In this document: positions 1 to 12,473 of the stretch, in pieces | Numbering within the stretch: the stretch's first letter is position 1 | Layout of the letters: each line of letters opens with the position of its first letter | Source of the DNA: Lytechinus pictus | Taxonomy: Eukaryota | DNA: 64,000 nt | Assembly: GCF_037042905.1 (NCBI RefSeq) | Contig: NC_087251.1 | Location: 29,452,001-29,516,000, forward strand | Direction of reading: 5' to 3' | Program-made: the position numbers and the translations under genes | The notes under the pieces: model-generated | What the model was told of the DNA's origin: nothing | Database searches by the model: none | What the model saw: the letters and a program-made list of their open reading frames with translations, nothing else

Positions 1-412
1 GTGATGTAAGGCAAGGACTACTCTTCCATGTACTCCAATACGTATTTTGGCTAAAATGTCATTTTTTTCCAAAAGTTTTATTTCAAATTATATTTTTCAT
101 TCATGAGGACATAAAACAATATACTGCCAGGGTTATATTTACATTACTTCCCCAGGGGAATGGGTACTTAGGAGAAAACCACAAATCCCTGATAATAAAG
201 TACATGGCCTATGGGAAAATTGTCCTTGCCCCTTGTCATAATTTACTTACCCAGTTGCCAATTTGAAATCAACATAGTATTAGTGATCTCAATTTTAAAG
301 CAGCTTTAACTTTCTTATTGCTTGTCCGATTTCTTTCAAACTTTCACCATTCTGTTGAATTTATTTTTCTCCTTCCCAACACAACATTTTATGGCCAAGG
401 CTGGATTCCCCT
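1..412. mobile_element. Right part of a Kolobok-like non-autonomous DNA transposon (TTAA target), cut off by the window start
   Basis: Ends ...GGCTGGATTCCCCT followed by TTAA (413-416). The subterminal stretch AACTTTCTTATT...TCAAACTTTCA (~308-346) resembles the corresponding stretch (~17665-17703) of the complete TTAA-flanked element at 17183-17769. The left TIR is outside the window. Confidence 0.6.
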
Positions 413-519
413 TTAATGAAGAGCTGATATTTTTCATTGTTATTTGAGTTTTGACATAGGACCGGGACATCCTTGGGACATGTCATATGAAAATGATGAC
501 TATCTTCCTATTCCTCTTG

Positions 520-1400
520 CTAAGCGCGAGATGAAACAGAAGGGACAATTTAATCGTTAAATTATTAATATCTTATTTATTAATGCCTAATGAGGACGAG
601 AAATCTGATATTATGGCCTGAGAACTTGACATTTCAAGCAATTTTGTAATTATGAATAGAATGCATCAGTCAAAATATTTTTTTACCATTAATGCGAGCG
701 CAAATCGCGAGCCGAAATCTTTGATAAACTGTCATGAAAATCAATATTGAGACATATATAAATCGGCAATTAAAATGCGAGCGAGTAGCCAGCGCTATCT
801 GATACGTTTTGACAATCATACTTTTTTTTTTCAAACTAAATGAAATACAAAAAAATAATAGGTACTTAATAAATCGAAATTTGCGAGCGCTCAGTGCGAG
901 CAGAAAATGTCAATATTCAGACCATGAAGCTTTCACTTTTACAGAGCACTTTTTAAAAATCAGTTTGTAAATCACACAAAATAATGAAAGTTCGATTTCC
1001 GAGGTGAAATGTGTAATGTATATTGACTTCCAAACTTGATATTTAAGCTCCATGTTGAAAAATCACCTGACAGGCAATGCGAGCGCGAAGCGCGAGCGAA
1101 AATTTCATATAGTGACATGAAAGATTCTTTTTATTTTCCAAGTCTTCCCCTCATCTTATTTTAGTCACTCTGGAAAATTTGACAAGCCCCCCCCCCCCCC
1201 GCAAAAAAAAAAGAAGGTTTTCACCCAAAATGTAAGGTCATTTAGTCCAAAAATACATGTTTTATTTCGAATGTGAATGATGCATTTTTCTCCATCATAA
1301 AAGACAAAAAATAGTAGGGGGACATTTGATATTGTGTCCCCCCTACTATTTTTGGTAGGGGGGACACGTCCCCCCTGTCCCCCTGGGATTTCCGCCCATG
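520..1400. mobile_element. Degenerate interspersed repeat, probably a hAT-like MITE remnant
   Basis: Recurrent GCGAGCGC(G)AAGCGCGAGC-type motifs (~694, ~777, ~883, ~1079). Terminus-like CCCCCTGGGATTTCCGCCCATG ends at 1400. No matching left terminus found, so the left boundary is approximate. Confidence 0.4.
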
Positions 1401-1899
1401 GCTCATTAACACAGGGGCTTGCGGACTGACTGAAGTAGCCTACATTCCCTACCACAAAATAATGGATTAGATGGGATTCATCCATAGAGTTATATCTCTA
1501 TGGATTTATCCACCTCATTTCTGCGATAGGAAATAAAATAATACCCAAACTAGAAGGGGGTGGGCATGCAAATAAACACAAATTAAATTAGATGGTAATA
1601 TTTACGTCTTTGTACATGTTTATTGGAGAAGTAGGGTGGGCTGAAATGGGGCTGAAATCCAGCCCCCCCCCCCCCCCCTCGGTTGCAAGCTTATGCAGCC
1701 CTCAACGGGCCCTCAACCACTGCGAGCACACAAAGTTATGCCCTCAACCCCCCCCCCCTCCCTTCACACCTCTGTGACCTTGTCTGTGACCTTGCATGAC
1801 CGTCGCTAAAAAAAAAGGAGGGGTGGGTGTGATAACCTCCCCCCCCCCCCCCTCGCCGGCCGCGAAATTATTTTTCCCACCGAGTTATGGACCAACATA

Positions 1900-2200
1900 T
1901 AAATATTCATGACTTGCGTCTTCGGATTAAGAGTACGCATGCGCGTGGACTTTGCCTCGACCAGTGCCCGTCGTAAGCATTCACGTTCAGTTGCCCAGAA
2001 TGAATTAGCATCGTCAAATTACCGGTACATAGTTACATAGGCCTTACAGGCTTAGCGCCTAGATCTATGTATATATATCCAATTCTTAAACACTTATCAA
2101 ACTAGCTGCCATTAATGGCAAGACATGTGCTAGGCTAGGGCTAGCTTAGGCTAGCGCATTAACTTTACCTCAAATCTGGACCTGTCTAATGCCTAATACT
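1900..2200. promoter_or_regulatory. Possible promoter-like segment (CpG-containing, NRF1-like motif)
   Basis: ACGCATGCGC at 1935-1944 resembles the NRF1 palindrome GCGCATGCGC. The segment retains CpGs and is followed by CTAG/TAGGC-rich sequence. No associated exon was identified. Confidence 0.2.
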
Positions 2201-2206
2201 AATAGT

Positions 2207-3248
2207 AATAGCCGACTAATGCCATGGTAAACTTCGAACCGGTAAATTCCGAAATTTACGTTTGATTTTATTTACCATGGTTTAATATGTCTAGTCCGTA
2301 TACAGAACCAGTCCTAGATCTAAAAAAAATATCTTAGTTCTAGTCTAGTCTCTAGATCTAGACTCTGATCTACGCTGTATCAGCACGGAACAACTAGTGC
2401 AGACTGCCCCCTGACGATTTACAACTGATCCAGGGGACGTGCCCCCCCCCTCCCCTTTGAGAAACCAAATTAATTTGTAATGTCAAAATGCGCTTATGTC
2501 CCCTCTTTTGAACGTGAAGATCTTTTTTTTTTTGCTTGTCAAATTTTTTCAGCTAAGAAATCCTTAATTTGGGGTGAAGACAGGGATCAAGATCACTGAC
2601 GTTAGTTTGTGCCTGACGTTAGAATACGTTCCATGCACTGCAGTGGCGTAGCTAGGATTTTTTTCTTGGGGGGGGGGGTCCTTGCTTTTTCAGGGGGGCA
2701 CGTGCCCCCCAGCCCCCCCCCCCCGTAGCTACGCCACTGATGCACTGGCGTACCTAGGATTTTCCAAAAGGGGGACAAATTTTTTGAGGATATTTCATCC
2801 ACGAAAAATGTGACAAGCCCCCCCCCCCCCAAAAAAAAAAAAAAAAAAAAAAAAAAAAGATCTTCACGTTCAAAAGAGGGGACATACGTCTTTTTCATTG
2901 CATTTTTACACTACAAATTATTAATTTGGCTTCTCAAAGGGGGGGGGGCACGTCCCCTGAATCAGTTGTCAGAGGGGCAGTCTGCCCCCCCCCCCCTTGG
3001 TACACTATAGTGGTTCCATGCTGATACAGCGTAGATCAGAGTCTAGATCTAGATCTAGAGACTAGACTCGAACTAAGATAATATTTTTTAGATCTAGGAC
3101 TGGTTTTGTATACGGACTAGACAAACCATGGGCGCGTATACGGACTAGACAAACCATGGCAAATAAGCTAATATATTGTCTAATCCTAATTGAACGTAAA
3201 GTTCGGAATTAACCAGTTCGAAGTTAACCATGGCATTAGTCGGCTATT
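2207..3248. repeat. ~1 kb imperfect inverted duplication (palindrome)
   Basis: 2207-~2452 (AATAGCCGACTAATGCCATGG...CTGATCTACGCTGTATCAGCA...GGGGACGTGCCCCC) is the reverse complement of ~2938-3248. An inner pair, 2497-~2549 (ATGTCCCCTCTTTTGAACGTGAAGATC) vs ~2804-2887 (GATCTTCACGTTCAAAAGAGGGGACAT), continues the symmetry. Confidence 0.85.
2641..2739. mobile_element. 99-bp hAT-like mini element with 8-bp TSD
   Basis: Perfect 14-bp TIRs CAGTGGCGTAGCTA / TAGCTACGCCACTG, flanked on both sides by ATGCACTG (2633-2640 and 2740-2747). An 8-bp TSD with CAG termini is typical of hAT elements. Confidence 0.85.
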
Positions 3249-3370
3249 CAGTGTTGTAGTCAAGGCTCAAACCTCCAAGGCCAAGGCTTCAATACCAAAG
3301 GCCAAGGCTAAGGCTAAGGCCAAGGCATGGAAACCCAAGGCCAAGGCCTGAAAACCTCGAGGCCAAGGCA
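3249..3370. mobile_element. Left end of a hAT-like element with (CAAGGC)n subterminal repeats
   Basis: Starts CAGTGTTGTAGT and continues with many CAAGGC/TAAGGC hexamers. No matching right end found. Confidence 0.5.
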
Positions 3371-3931
3371 TTTCAAACTTACGATATCCAGAACAATGAA
3401 CTAACAATACTTAGGCGGCAGACATCACACATGGTAAAATGTATGTGAGCGAGGGGACTGAGCGATAATAAAATTTAACCTTTGTACATTTAAAACAAAA
3501 ATAATTTCATGATAGAGACATATTAAAATAATGATATAGTTACCTGTGTACACATAATCCATAATTTTTCTAGGCGATTTACATTGCAATAATTATTATT
3601 ACCACGGTCATCTGATCCTGGCATTCTCAACGTATGTTTTTCTCCACTGCCTGGGACAGGGGCAGCATAAAATTATTATTGGGGGGGGGGGGGTCAACGC
3701 CAAAAGGCACTCATTTATCAAAATGAGTTTTTGTGCAAACAGATTCATGTATTTTTAAAATGAGATTATGAACTACGTGAAGTAATTGTGTGTTTGTAGA
3801 AATTAAGTTGAGCAAAGGCTTTCTAAAGTGATTTTTAATTATAAGATAGATATTTTGATTTAGGTTTTACTTCTCAGCGACAAAGCATAGCCATAGCGAG
3901 CAAGCGGTTTTGAAAAAAAAAAACAATACTG

Positions 3932-4080
3932 GGCCCTGTTGCATAAAAGTTTATGTATTGATTTATGTCATGATTTATGTCACGATTTATGTCATACAGC
4001 ATAAATCACGCTATAAAATCATGACATAAATCCATTTGAATGACATAAATTTATGTTGTGATTAAAATCAAGACATAAGC
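3932..4080. mobile_element. Truncated MITE end (possibly Harbinger-like) with 12-bp GATTTATGTCAT repeats in both orientations
   Basis: Begins GGCCCTGTTGCATAAAA after CTG. Tandem GATTTATGTCA(T/C) copies are followed by inverted ATGACATAAAT copies. The superfamily call is a guess. Confidence 0.4.
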
Positions 4081-4479
4081 GGCGGCTTTCCGCAAGAAGT
4101 GACTTAAGGGTAATTTCACGATTATTTTTTTTTAATTATGCCCTCTGTAATTTGATGATATTTTGAGTTTTACTTGGACTTTCGAAATAATTTTTGTGTC
4201 ATTGGATAGCGTATGATGTATTCTTTCAATATTTGAAAAACTAACAATCATAAATATTTCCCTTATTTTTATAACCAAAACTAGGCCTAAGCTTAATAGT
4301 TAATGAGTTTACTTCGTTGAGGATAGGACATTTTCCTTAGAATAATATCATAATTTAAATATCAACGTCACATATTTTACAAGCACCACCCCTCCCTCCC
4401 AAAATAATGCTAATAACTCTGACTTTCAGTCTAGAATCGCCCCTTTTGTGCTTAATTCAGATGTGATTAAACAAGAAGT

Positions 4480-5115
4480 TTGCTACACACATTGGCTGAT
4501 TTCAAGTCCGGTGTTGGCGTTGGTGTTGGAAGTTGGATATTCCCCCTAGCTCCAAAATATATTTGGTGTGTTGGAAATCATGTTACCATGGTAACGGCAT
4601 ACTATATGACAAAAAATGGTAAAACATTTTCAGGTTTAATTACTTCATCAATTTTCAACCAATTCTCATGAAATTTGGTTCACACATTAAGTTAGAAGTA
4701 AAGGTGTGACAGACACATATTTTGTGTGTGTCGAAAATTGTGTTGCCATGGTTACAACATATTATAGGCCCCAAATTAGGTAAAAATCTATTGGTTCCAA
4801 CTACTTGATTAGTTTTCAACCAATTCTCATGAAATTTTGCTCACACATTTGCCTCGAGGTAAAGATGTACAAGACATATTTTTGCATGTGTCGGAAATCG
4901 TGTTGCCATGGTAACATTATACAATATGTCCAAAATTAGGCAAAAATCTTGAAGTTCAAACTACTTCATCAGCAATTCTCATGGCTTGATCACACATACA
5001 TGTAGGTCTTGGGTAAAGATGGGCAATAAATATATTTTTTCCATGTGTTGGAAACTGTTGCCATGATAACGGCGTAGGGCAGGGGTATTAATCATCTTCA
5101 TTGATAGTTCTAGTT
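4480..5115 (+). mobile_element. HINE/DINE-1-like element with ~160-bp internal tandem repeats
   Basis: 5' GGYGTT microsatellite-like tract (~4510-4530). TGTT(G/A)CCATG recurs at 4581, 4741, 4901 and 5056. The 3' end ATCATCTTCATTGATAGTTCTAGTT (short hairpin plus CTAGTT) fits Helentron-associated elements. The 5' boundary is approximate. Confidence 0.6.
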
Positions 5116-5456
5116 TAAGTTACCCCAAAATTTTGCTTGCTCGCAGTTTTTTGAAATTTTGCCCTTTACACCATGTCTGCCCTATAAAAATTTAAATTCC
5201 TGAAGCCACCCCTTTAAACTAAAAGAAAACTCCTTTGCAGAGATATTTATATCAGTTATCCCCAAACCATTAACTCCGATTGACAACTATGCATATATCC
5301 CTGTAATCATTTATTCATTATTTTTTTTAATTCTATATAATTTCAGTTGTCTATTTTATAAGCGTGTCATGGAACCCTCTTGCCTGAGCAGTTTGGGCGA
5401 GGGTTACACATTTGGAAGCACAGTGGGGCAATTTCGTCAAGAAAATATTTGACATA

Positions 5457-5482
5457 AAATATAAATAAATAAATAAATAAAT
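5457..5482. repeat. (AAAT)n microsatellite
   Basis: Directly visible ATAAATAAATAAATAAATAAATA run. Confidence 0.8.
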
Positions 5483-6171
5483 AGGCCTAAATAAAAATGT
5501 TCCTCACTTCAGAACAATGGTCTAATCCGATGGTTTGGTTTATTGTTTTTTGCTAAGAAAAAATAAAAGAGATACGGTTTTCCTTGCCCAAAACTGGCCA
5601 AGATGGGGCGATGGGGGGGGGGGGGTACTTTTAAAAAAATGCCCACTTATTGTCCAAATTTCAAGAGGAGTGCATATGAGGGGCCACTACTCATCACAGC
5701 TTTGTGCCTAAATTGGGACACATTCATGCCACCTGTATCCCTTGATCCATGCCTCTGTCACCCATCATTTATATTTTTTTCATCTTTAAGCACCTGGCCA
5801 TTTTCTTTCTATCTCTCATCAAATGTAACCAACCCCCTCCCCAAAAAATGCTTTATCATATTTTTCCATTTCATTATCTTCCACCCTCCGAGGTTGGCCC
5901 ACTATCATTCTTGAAATTTATCTCTTTAATTCTCTATACATCTCTCTACCTCTGTTAATGACTTCTTCACATTTCTACTTTTTTCCTCTCCCTTCTCCCA
6001 TTCTAATTCACCTCGCCTCTCTCTCTCTCTTTCTCTCATTATTCCTTATACAGTGTAATTTTTGCATATCTGGATCTTTCAAATTTTTTCATGATATTTC
6101 CTTTTCATTTCTCGCCCTTGCTAATTCAAATCTTCATCTCAATCAATTATTTTTCTAATTTGACAATTCAT

Positions 6172-6916
6172 GGGACAACTATTGGTTTTAACTGGTATCA
6201 ATTGGTTTGATATTCCAGTATGGTTAATGTGTTTTTTAAGTGGGTTATGGGAGGTCTATGGGTTTCAACTGGCATAATCTGTTCCATATTGGTTTATGGG
6301 TTTTAACTGGAATCAGTTGGTTGATATATCAGTAAGGCCTATTGGTTTTAGCTGGTATCAATTGGTTTGATATTCCAGTATGGTTAATGGGTTTCAAGTG
6401 GATATGGGAGGTCTATGGTTTCAACTGGTACATTCTGGTCCAGTTTGGTTTATGGGTGTTTACTGGAATCAACTGGTAGATATATCAGTAAGGCCTATTG
6501 GTTCTAACTGGTATCATTTGGTTAAATGATATACCAGTATGGTTAATGGGTTTAAGATGGCATTAACTGGTATATGCACCCATTGAGTTATGGGTTCCAA
6601 CTGGCATCAAATGGTCCAGTTTGGCTTATGGGTTTTAAACTGGAATCTATTGGTAGATAAACCAGCAAGGCCTATTGGTTTTAACTGGTATTAACTGGTG
6701 TACTAATTTATACCAGTATAGTTAATTGGTTTCAACTGGAATCAACTTGTATGTTTTCAGCATGTCGATTCCAGTTGGGACAATTGGTTTCAACTGGAAT
6801 ATACTGGTATGATGGGAGTTTACCAGTTGTGCCAATTGGTTTCAACTGGTCCCAGTTAAATCCAGTTGAAACCAGTTAAAATTTCAACTGGTTTCAACTG
6901 TTTTTTTTTACCTGGG
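6172..6916. mobile_element. Right portion of an EnSpm/CACTA-like element with ~160-bp tandem repeats built of AACTGG/CAATTGG motifs
   Basis: TATTGGTT(T/C)TA(A/G)CTGGTAT recurs at ~6180, 6340, 6497 and 6673. The element ends ...TTTTACCTGGG (6916), the same CCCAGG terminus and motif vocabulary as the complete element at 18470-20287. Confidence 0.6.
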
Positions 6917-8261
6917 TTCAGAGTTTATAAAAAAATAATCCTACAATTTTCTACAAATATTAATTACTATTTCTAGTAGGGAAACGTGTGTTCTGAGGGG
7001 CAAATCATATTTTAACCCCACCCCTCTTCCTCCCGATTCATTGAAAGCAACAAAACAAAGAGATGAAGCAAAAAGAATGACATTTTGTGTAGATTTATTA
7101 CTTTTAAAATAAATACACACCAAAATTTGTAAAACAATATAATCTTTTCACCTGTCCCATGTCCTTTAATCATGACTGTATAAACATGATTAAAAGAGGT
7201 ACATACACATACAAAAATATTTCTTAATCAGTTGTTAACACTTAATGTATAAAATATAAGAAAAAATTATAATTCATAATTATTTTTTGCTTTTTTAAAG
7301 TAGTTTCAACTTGTCTTTTAATTTACTTGATTTATTTGGGTTCAATATACATTTAAGAAAATTCACGTACTGCTAGCTTGCTTCAATTGAGTGAATCTAA
7401 CTTAATTAGGCAAAGATGATTATTACTTATAAAATCATGTTGAATGTATATATTTTCAATTAACGCCTTATTGAAATAATGCATGAATATTCATTAGAGC
7501 AAGTCATTTTTTTTTACTGTCATAGGCCTATCTATTTGTGTTTGAAATTGTTTTGGATAAGGGTGTGCATTTTATTCTTTTGTTGAATTAAAGATTGAGC
7601 AAAATTAAATTTAGCAGAAAATTTCAGATTTCTTTTTAGGTTTTCGGAAAATGCTTATATTATTCTCATTGTTTTATTTGTAAGAATGAAACGATCGCGT
7701 ATAAATATCTGTCAGTACCTATACATGTACAGGTAAGTGACAATGCACAAAGTCTAATATTTGGATAAAAGATGTCTAAGATGAAAATGACGCCACTAAA
7801 AGTGGGACGATGCGGGGAGCGGACTTTTTAATCACGAAAGTCCACTCCCCCATTTGATTTTTTCAAATATTTTAGTGATTGTTTTACTTAATTGAATTAA
7901 GTTATTGTAACTTAATTTCCTTGAGTAAAAATGGATGCAAAGAAAAAAAAGTAAATTTTACTTAAAACTGCCAAACTCATAAATACTGGAAAAAATTTAA
8001 GTAATTTTTTGCCACAATTTTATACAGTCATTTCAATTATTTTTTTTTTTACAGTGTCGATTCAAATAAAATATATTATTCATATCCTAAATGAATACAA
8101 TACCTAAATCAAGTGTACAACTACAAACATGACACATAATACATTAAAAAAAAACATGAATAACTATATCGCATTTGTATGCTTAATAAATATTTCCATT
8201 TAAAAGAGAAAGATTTCTGTAAGATTTCATGAAGAGGAACTCACAGTGATGTAATTTATTC

Positions 8262-8400
8262 TTATTCTCCTTTTCTCCTCTTCCACCCCTCCTCTTCTAT
8301 TTCTTCATAATCTTCTTCTCCTCTTCCTTCTTTGTCGCCTTCTTTTCTACTTATTGTTCCTTTGTATTATGACTTATCATCATTATCATTATAATAATTT
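8262..8400. repeat. Low-complexity CTT/CCT and ATC/ATT tract
   Basis: Degenerate trinucleotide repeats visible in the sequence. Confidence 0.6.
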
Positions 8401-8508
8401 TATGATAAAAATCATAAAAAGGTATCCACAATATCAATATAATGATTATTATCTTTGAAAAATGAAAATGAGTACTTTTGTTAATTTTACAAAGCGTTTA
8501 GAGAATAC

Positions 8509-8606
8509 TTAAGTCAGTGAACAGTCATCATGGTCATATAGTTCCCTTGCCAGGTGCAACCAGGTCCATGGCGTCACGTCTTCAAAAGTCTTGACTCTTG
8601 AACAAT
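8509..8606 (-). other. Candidate terminal exon
   Basis: On the minus strand a pyrimidine tract plus acceptor (TTCTTCTTATTTCAG) precedes an open frame, CSRVKTFEDVTPWTWLHLARELYDHDDCSLT-stop. The segment is GC-richer than its flanks. No homology check was possible. Confidence 0.3.
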
Positions 8607-8731
8607 CTGAAATAAGAAGAATCAGTGTAAACCACGTTAGCAGCTCAACTTGATAATAGCAGAGTGTTCACATTCATGTACAGTATGTATATGGAAGAGC
8701 CTTATGATGTTGCAATCACGGGCTTAAATTA

Positions 8732-9521
8732 AAACAAGTGGAATGCCTCTGGCCGTCTCACCTGCATCACGCGATTCAATATAGCAGCAGTGCTGATTTT
8801 GAAAACTACTATAACTCGCACAAGATGTTCAGTGATACTTGGTTACTCTTATTTCCACGTTTTATGAACTAAACCCATACACTTATAGAGATATGATGGC
8901 AATTCAACAAATACCCCAAACGTGGCCAAAGTTCTTTGACCTTACATGACCTTTGACCTTGATCATGTGACCTGAAACTTACACAGGATGTTCAGTAATA
9001 CTTGATTACTATTATGTCCAAGTTTCATGAATCAGATCCATCAACTTTCAAAGTTATGATGGTAATTCAACAGATACCCCCAATTCGGCCAAAGTTCATT
9101 AACCCTAAATGACCTTTGACCTTGGTCATGTGACGTGAAACTCATGCAGTATGTTCAGTGATACTTGATTAACCTTATGTATAAGTTTCATGAACTAGGT
9201 CTATATATTTTCTAAGTTATGATGACATTTCAAAAACTTAACCTTAGGTTAAGATTTTGATGTTGATTCCCCCAACATGGTCTAAGTTCATTGACCCTAA
9301 ATGACCTTTGACCTTAATCCTGTGACCTGAAACTTGCACAGGATGTTCAGTAATACTTGATTAACCTTATGGCCAAGTTTCATGAACTAGGTCCATATAC
9401 TTTCTAAGTTATGCTGTCATTTCAAAAACTTAACCTCAGGTTAAGATTTGGTGTTGCCGCCGCCGCCGCCGCCGTCGGAAAAGCGGCGCCTATAGTCTGA
9501 CTCTGCAATGCAGGTGAGACA
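8732..9521 (-). mobile_element. HINE/DINE-1-like element, copy 1 (full length)
   Basis: Subterminal inverted repeat GTCTCACCTGCAT (~8755) / ATGCAGGTGAGAC (~9508), ~163-bp core tandem repeats containing TGACCTTTGACCT, a (GCC)n microsatellite at ~9456-9474, and a stem-loop at the right end. It sits in A-runs without a clear TSD. Confidence 0.8.
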
Positions 9522-10226
9522 GAAAATGGGTTAATAGTCTCTGAATATTATTTTTGATACGCGTATATTGAAGTCAGAAAATATATTTCATTTCAATCAT
9601 ATCATTGGAGAAAATGTACATGTGTGGTGTAAGGAGGGCAAGGGTGCAGGGTAGGCGACTCACCTCTAGTAGTGGGGGAAATAAGAGAACTTTAGAAGAG
9701 GGGAAGAACAAGAAATGGGGGGAAAATACATGAACACAAAATTGAGGTCAAGGTCATGTTTATGTTACCAACTTACCACCTATCTCTACTACTACTAGTT
9801 TATTCTTAAATGCACTTATATTGTGTTTATGCTTGTAAGCTCACATTGTTAGTCTCTTTGTTGAGATTCTAATAAAAAATAAAATCAACTGAATCTGAAT
9901 CTCTTGCAAAAGTTAAGTGGAAAATAATTGTTACAATAGTATGGATCCAATAGTCTACCTAGATTTTGTTTTCATTTTGACGAGTTACATCGTTCTTGCT
10001 CTTACATATTTTTGAGAATGCATTCCATAATTATATTGTCATTGATTGAAATATTAAGAGGGCTCAGATGTCAATTCAAACTTGACATTCTATAAAAATT
10101 CATGAGATTGATATTATCCATTTTTGTGAGTAAATTTAAGATGAATTTATTACAAGATGTGGATGAATTAAATAGATATAACAGTACATCACATTTACAA
10201 CCGCTCTTAAGAGTAAAATAAATATA

Positions 10227-12473
10227 AAACAAGTGGAATGCCTCTGGCCGTCTCACCTGCATCACGCGATTCAATATAGCAGCAGTGCTGATTTTGAAAA
10301 CTACTATAACTCGCACAAGATGTTTAGTGATACTTGGTTACTCTTATTTCCACGTTTTATGAACTAAACCCATACACTTATACAGTGCGTCCCAAAAAAA
10401 ACTATACACTTTTGAAATGGCTGCCAAATAAAAAATATAGCACTTTGGGGGAAATAACTTATAGATATGGAAAGCCAATAAAGTCAACTTTTAAGTGACA
10501 CCAAAAATTTGGAAAACTATTCATGCTTGAGCGAGCACTGCCCACTGAAACAAAGGGTATGAAAATTAGGGTGGGCCGGAATTAGTCTTCCAATTTCTTT
10601 CAGGTTTTTTGTTTGGTACTTGCAAAGTTGAGGGTTATTTGGTGATTAAAGATCAGTTGTGATCAGTTTGTTGTTTGGGAAAATTCAATGCGTTATTAAA
10701 TTGAATTTATTACATTGAAATTTAATGCATGAGTGATCGCGAATTGCAATTTTTAGTGCAGCATTTTGTCTTTATCATGTGGATCTCAACAATGTGTTTA
10801 TGAAAGTCAGGAGAAGAGGTGGTAATATGACTTAGGTAGGTGAAGTACGTTGTTTGGATAAAGGTCAACAGAACATTTAGCACCCCCCCCCCCCCCCCCC
10901 GCTTCTCTCCTCCTCAGACACTAAGCTCGGCTAGGCTGGGCAGGAACTAGCCTTACAGTTTTTTTGAGTGGTTAGTCCTTTGGAACTTGCTAAGCTAAAT
11001 TAATGAGTGAGATAAGTTTTGGTTTCTTAGGCAAATTTCATGAGTTACTAAATTGAAATTTAATGCATGAGTGAGTGAACAGGAATTGAAATTTTAGTGT
11101 AGCATATTCATCTTGTGGACCTCAGAAGTGTGTTCGTGAGAGTCAGAGTAATGTGATGGTACCTGTTACAAGCAAGAGGGCGAGATATGCTAAGACTTGG
11201 TTAAAAGGGCATTCCTCTTCTTTTTGTCCTTTTACAAATTAAAAGTCATATGTACCCTCCCCTCTCCACCTCCATTTCCCAGCCCCCCCTCTCTGTCTCA
11301 CTTCCTGGATTGTAGCCTATTCAAAACTTAGCTGCCAAGTGACCGTTGGCTGATGGTCACTTTTTTTATTGAATTATTACCAAGAAATTTAATGATTATG
11401 ATGATTAATGAAATAATTTATTGAAAAAAAACTGAATGTTTGATTGATCACATTGCACATTGAATGAGTTGATTTACTGATAAATTGTTGATGAAATGAT
11501 TGATAGGAAAAAGTTGACGCCCCAATTCAGAATTAATCATTAAATCAACATTCCGCTCTGGACTTCACGCGTACATGACAATAGCCATCAGTCTCTCAAC
11601 AGGAGGGGAGGGCGGGAAAGAGGGAGGGGGCGGGGGCTGAATGTTCTTATTCCATCAACCTACTTCTCCCACTTAAGTCCTATCTCACCCCCTATTCTCC
11701 CGACTCCCATGAACACATTGCTGAGATCCACATGATAAAGTTGAAATGCTGCCCAAAAAGTGTAATTTGTGTTCACTCATGCATTAAAGTTCAATTTAAT
11801 AATTTATAAAATTTGCATAAGCAACCAAACTGGTCACGGTTGATCATTAATTTATCACAACGCCCTTAACTTTGCAAGTTTGAAAGGATTTGCCTCTTAA
11901 AAACTGACATAAATTGGAAGGCTAATTCCAGCCCACCCTAATTTTCATACCCTTTGTTTCAGTGGGCAGTGCTCGCTCAAGCATGAACAGTTTTCCAACC
12001 TTTTGGTGTCATTTGAAAGTTGACTTTATTGGCTTTCCATATATGTAAGTCTTTTTCCCCAAAATGCTATATTTTTTATTTGGCAGCCATTTCAAAAGTG
12101 TATAGTTTTTTTTGGGACGCACTGTAGAGATATGATGGTAATTCAACAAATACCCCCAACGTGGCCAAAGTTCATTGACCTTACATGACCTTTGACCTTG
12201 ATCATGTGACCTGAAACTCGCACAGGATGTTCAGTGATACTTTATTAGTCTTGTGTCCAAGTTTCAAGAGTCAGATCCATCAACTTTCAAAGTTATGATG
12301 GTAATTCAACAGATACCCCCATTATGGCCAAAGTTCATTGACCTTTGACCTTGGTCATGTGACCTAAAATGCGCACAGGATGTTCAGTGATACTTGATTA
12401 CTCTTATGTCCAAGTTTTATGAACTAGACCAACACACGTACTTTCAAAGTTATGGCAGTAATTCAACAAATAC
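10227..12473 (-). mobile_element. HINE-like element, copy 2 (truncated and interrupted by a Tc1/mariner-like MITE)
   Basis: Same left end, AAACAAGTGGAATGCCTCTGGCCGTCTCACC. The element resumes at 12125 after the insertion and breaks at AACAAATAC|AACGAGGT. Confidence 0.8.
10383..12124. mobile_element. 1742-bp non-autonomous Tc1/mariner-like foldback element with TA TSD
   Basis: TA|CAGTGCGTCCCAAAAAAAACTATACAC...GTGTATAGTTTTTTTTGGGACGCACTG|TA, with TIRs of about 210 bp and looser symmetry further in. The empty site CACTTATAGAGA is present in the four sister HINE copies. No transposase ORF. Confidence 0.93.

Noticed and set aside
1165..7123. Short ORFs in the first 7 kb
   Set aside because: They are driven by homopolymer and low-complexity runs within repeat remnants and show no coding signal.
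7870..8056. Possible CACTG-ended MITE (…TTTTTTACAGTG)
   Set aside because: Only one putative terminus is visible, with no partner TIR or TSD.
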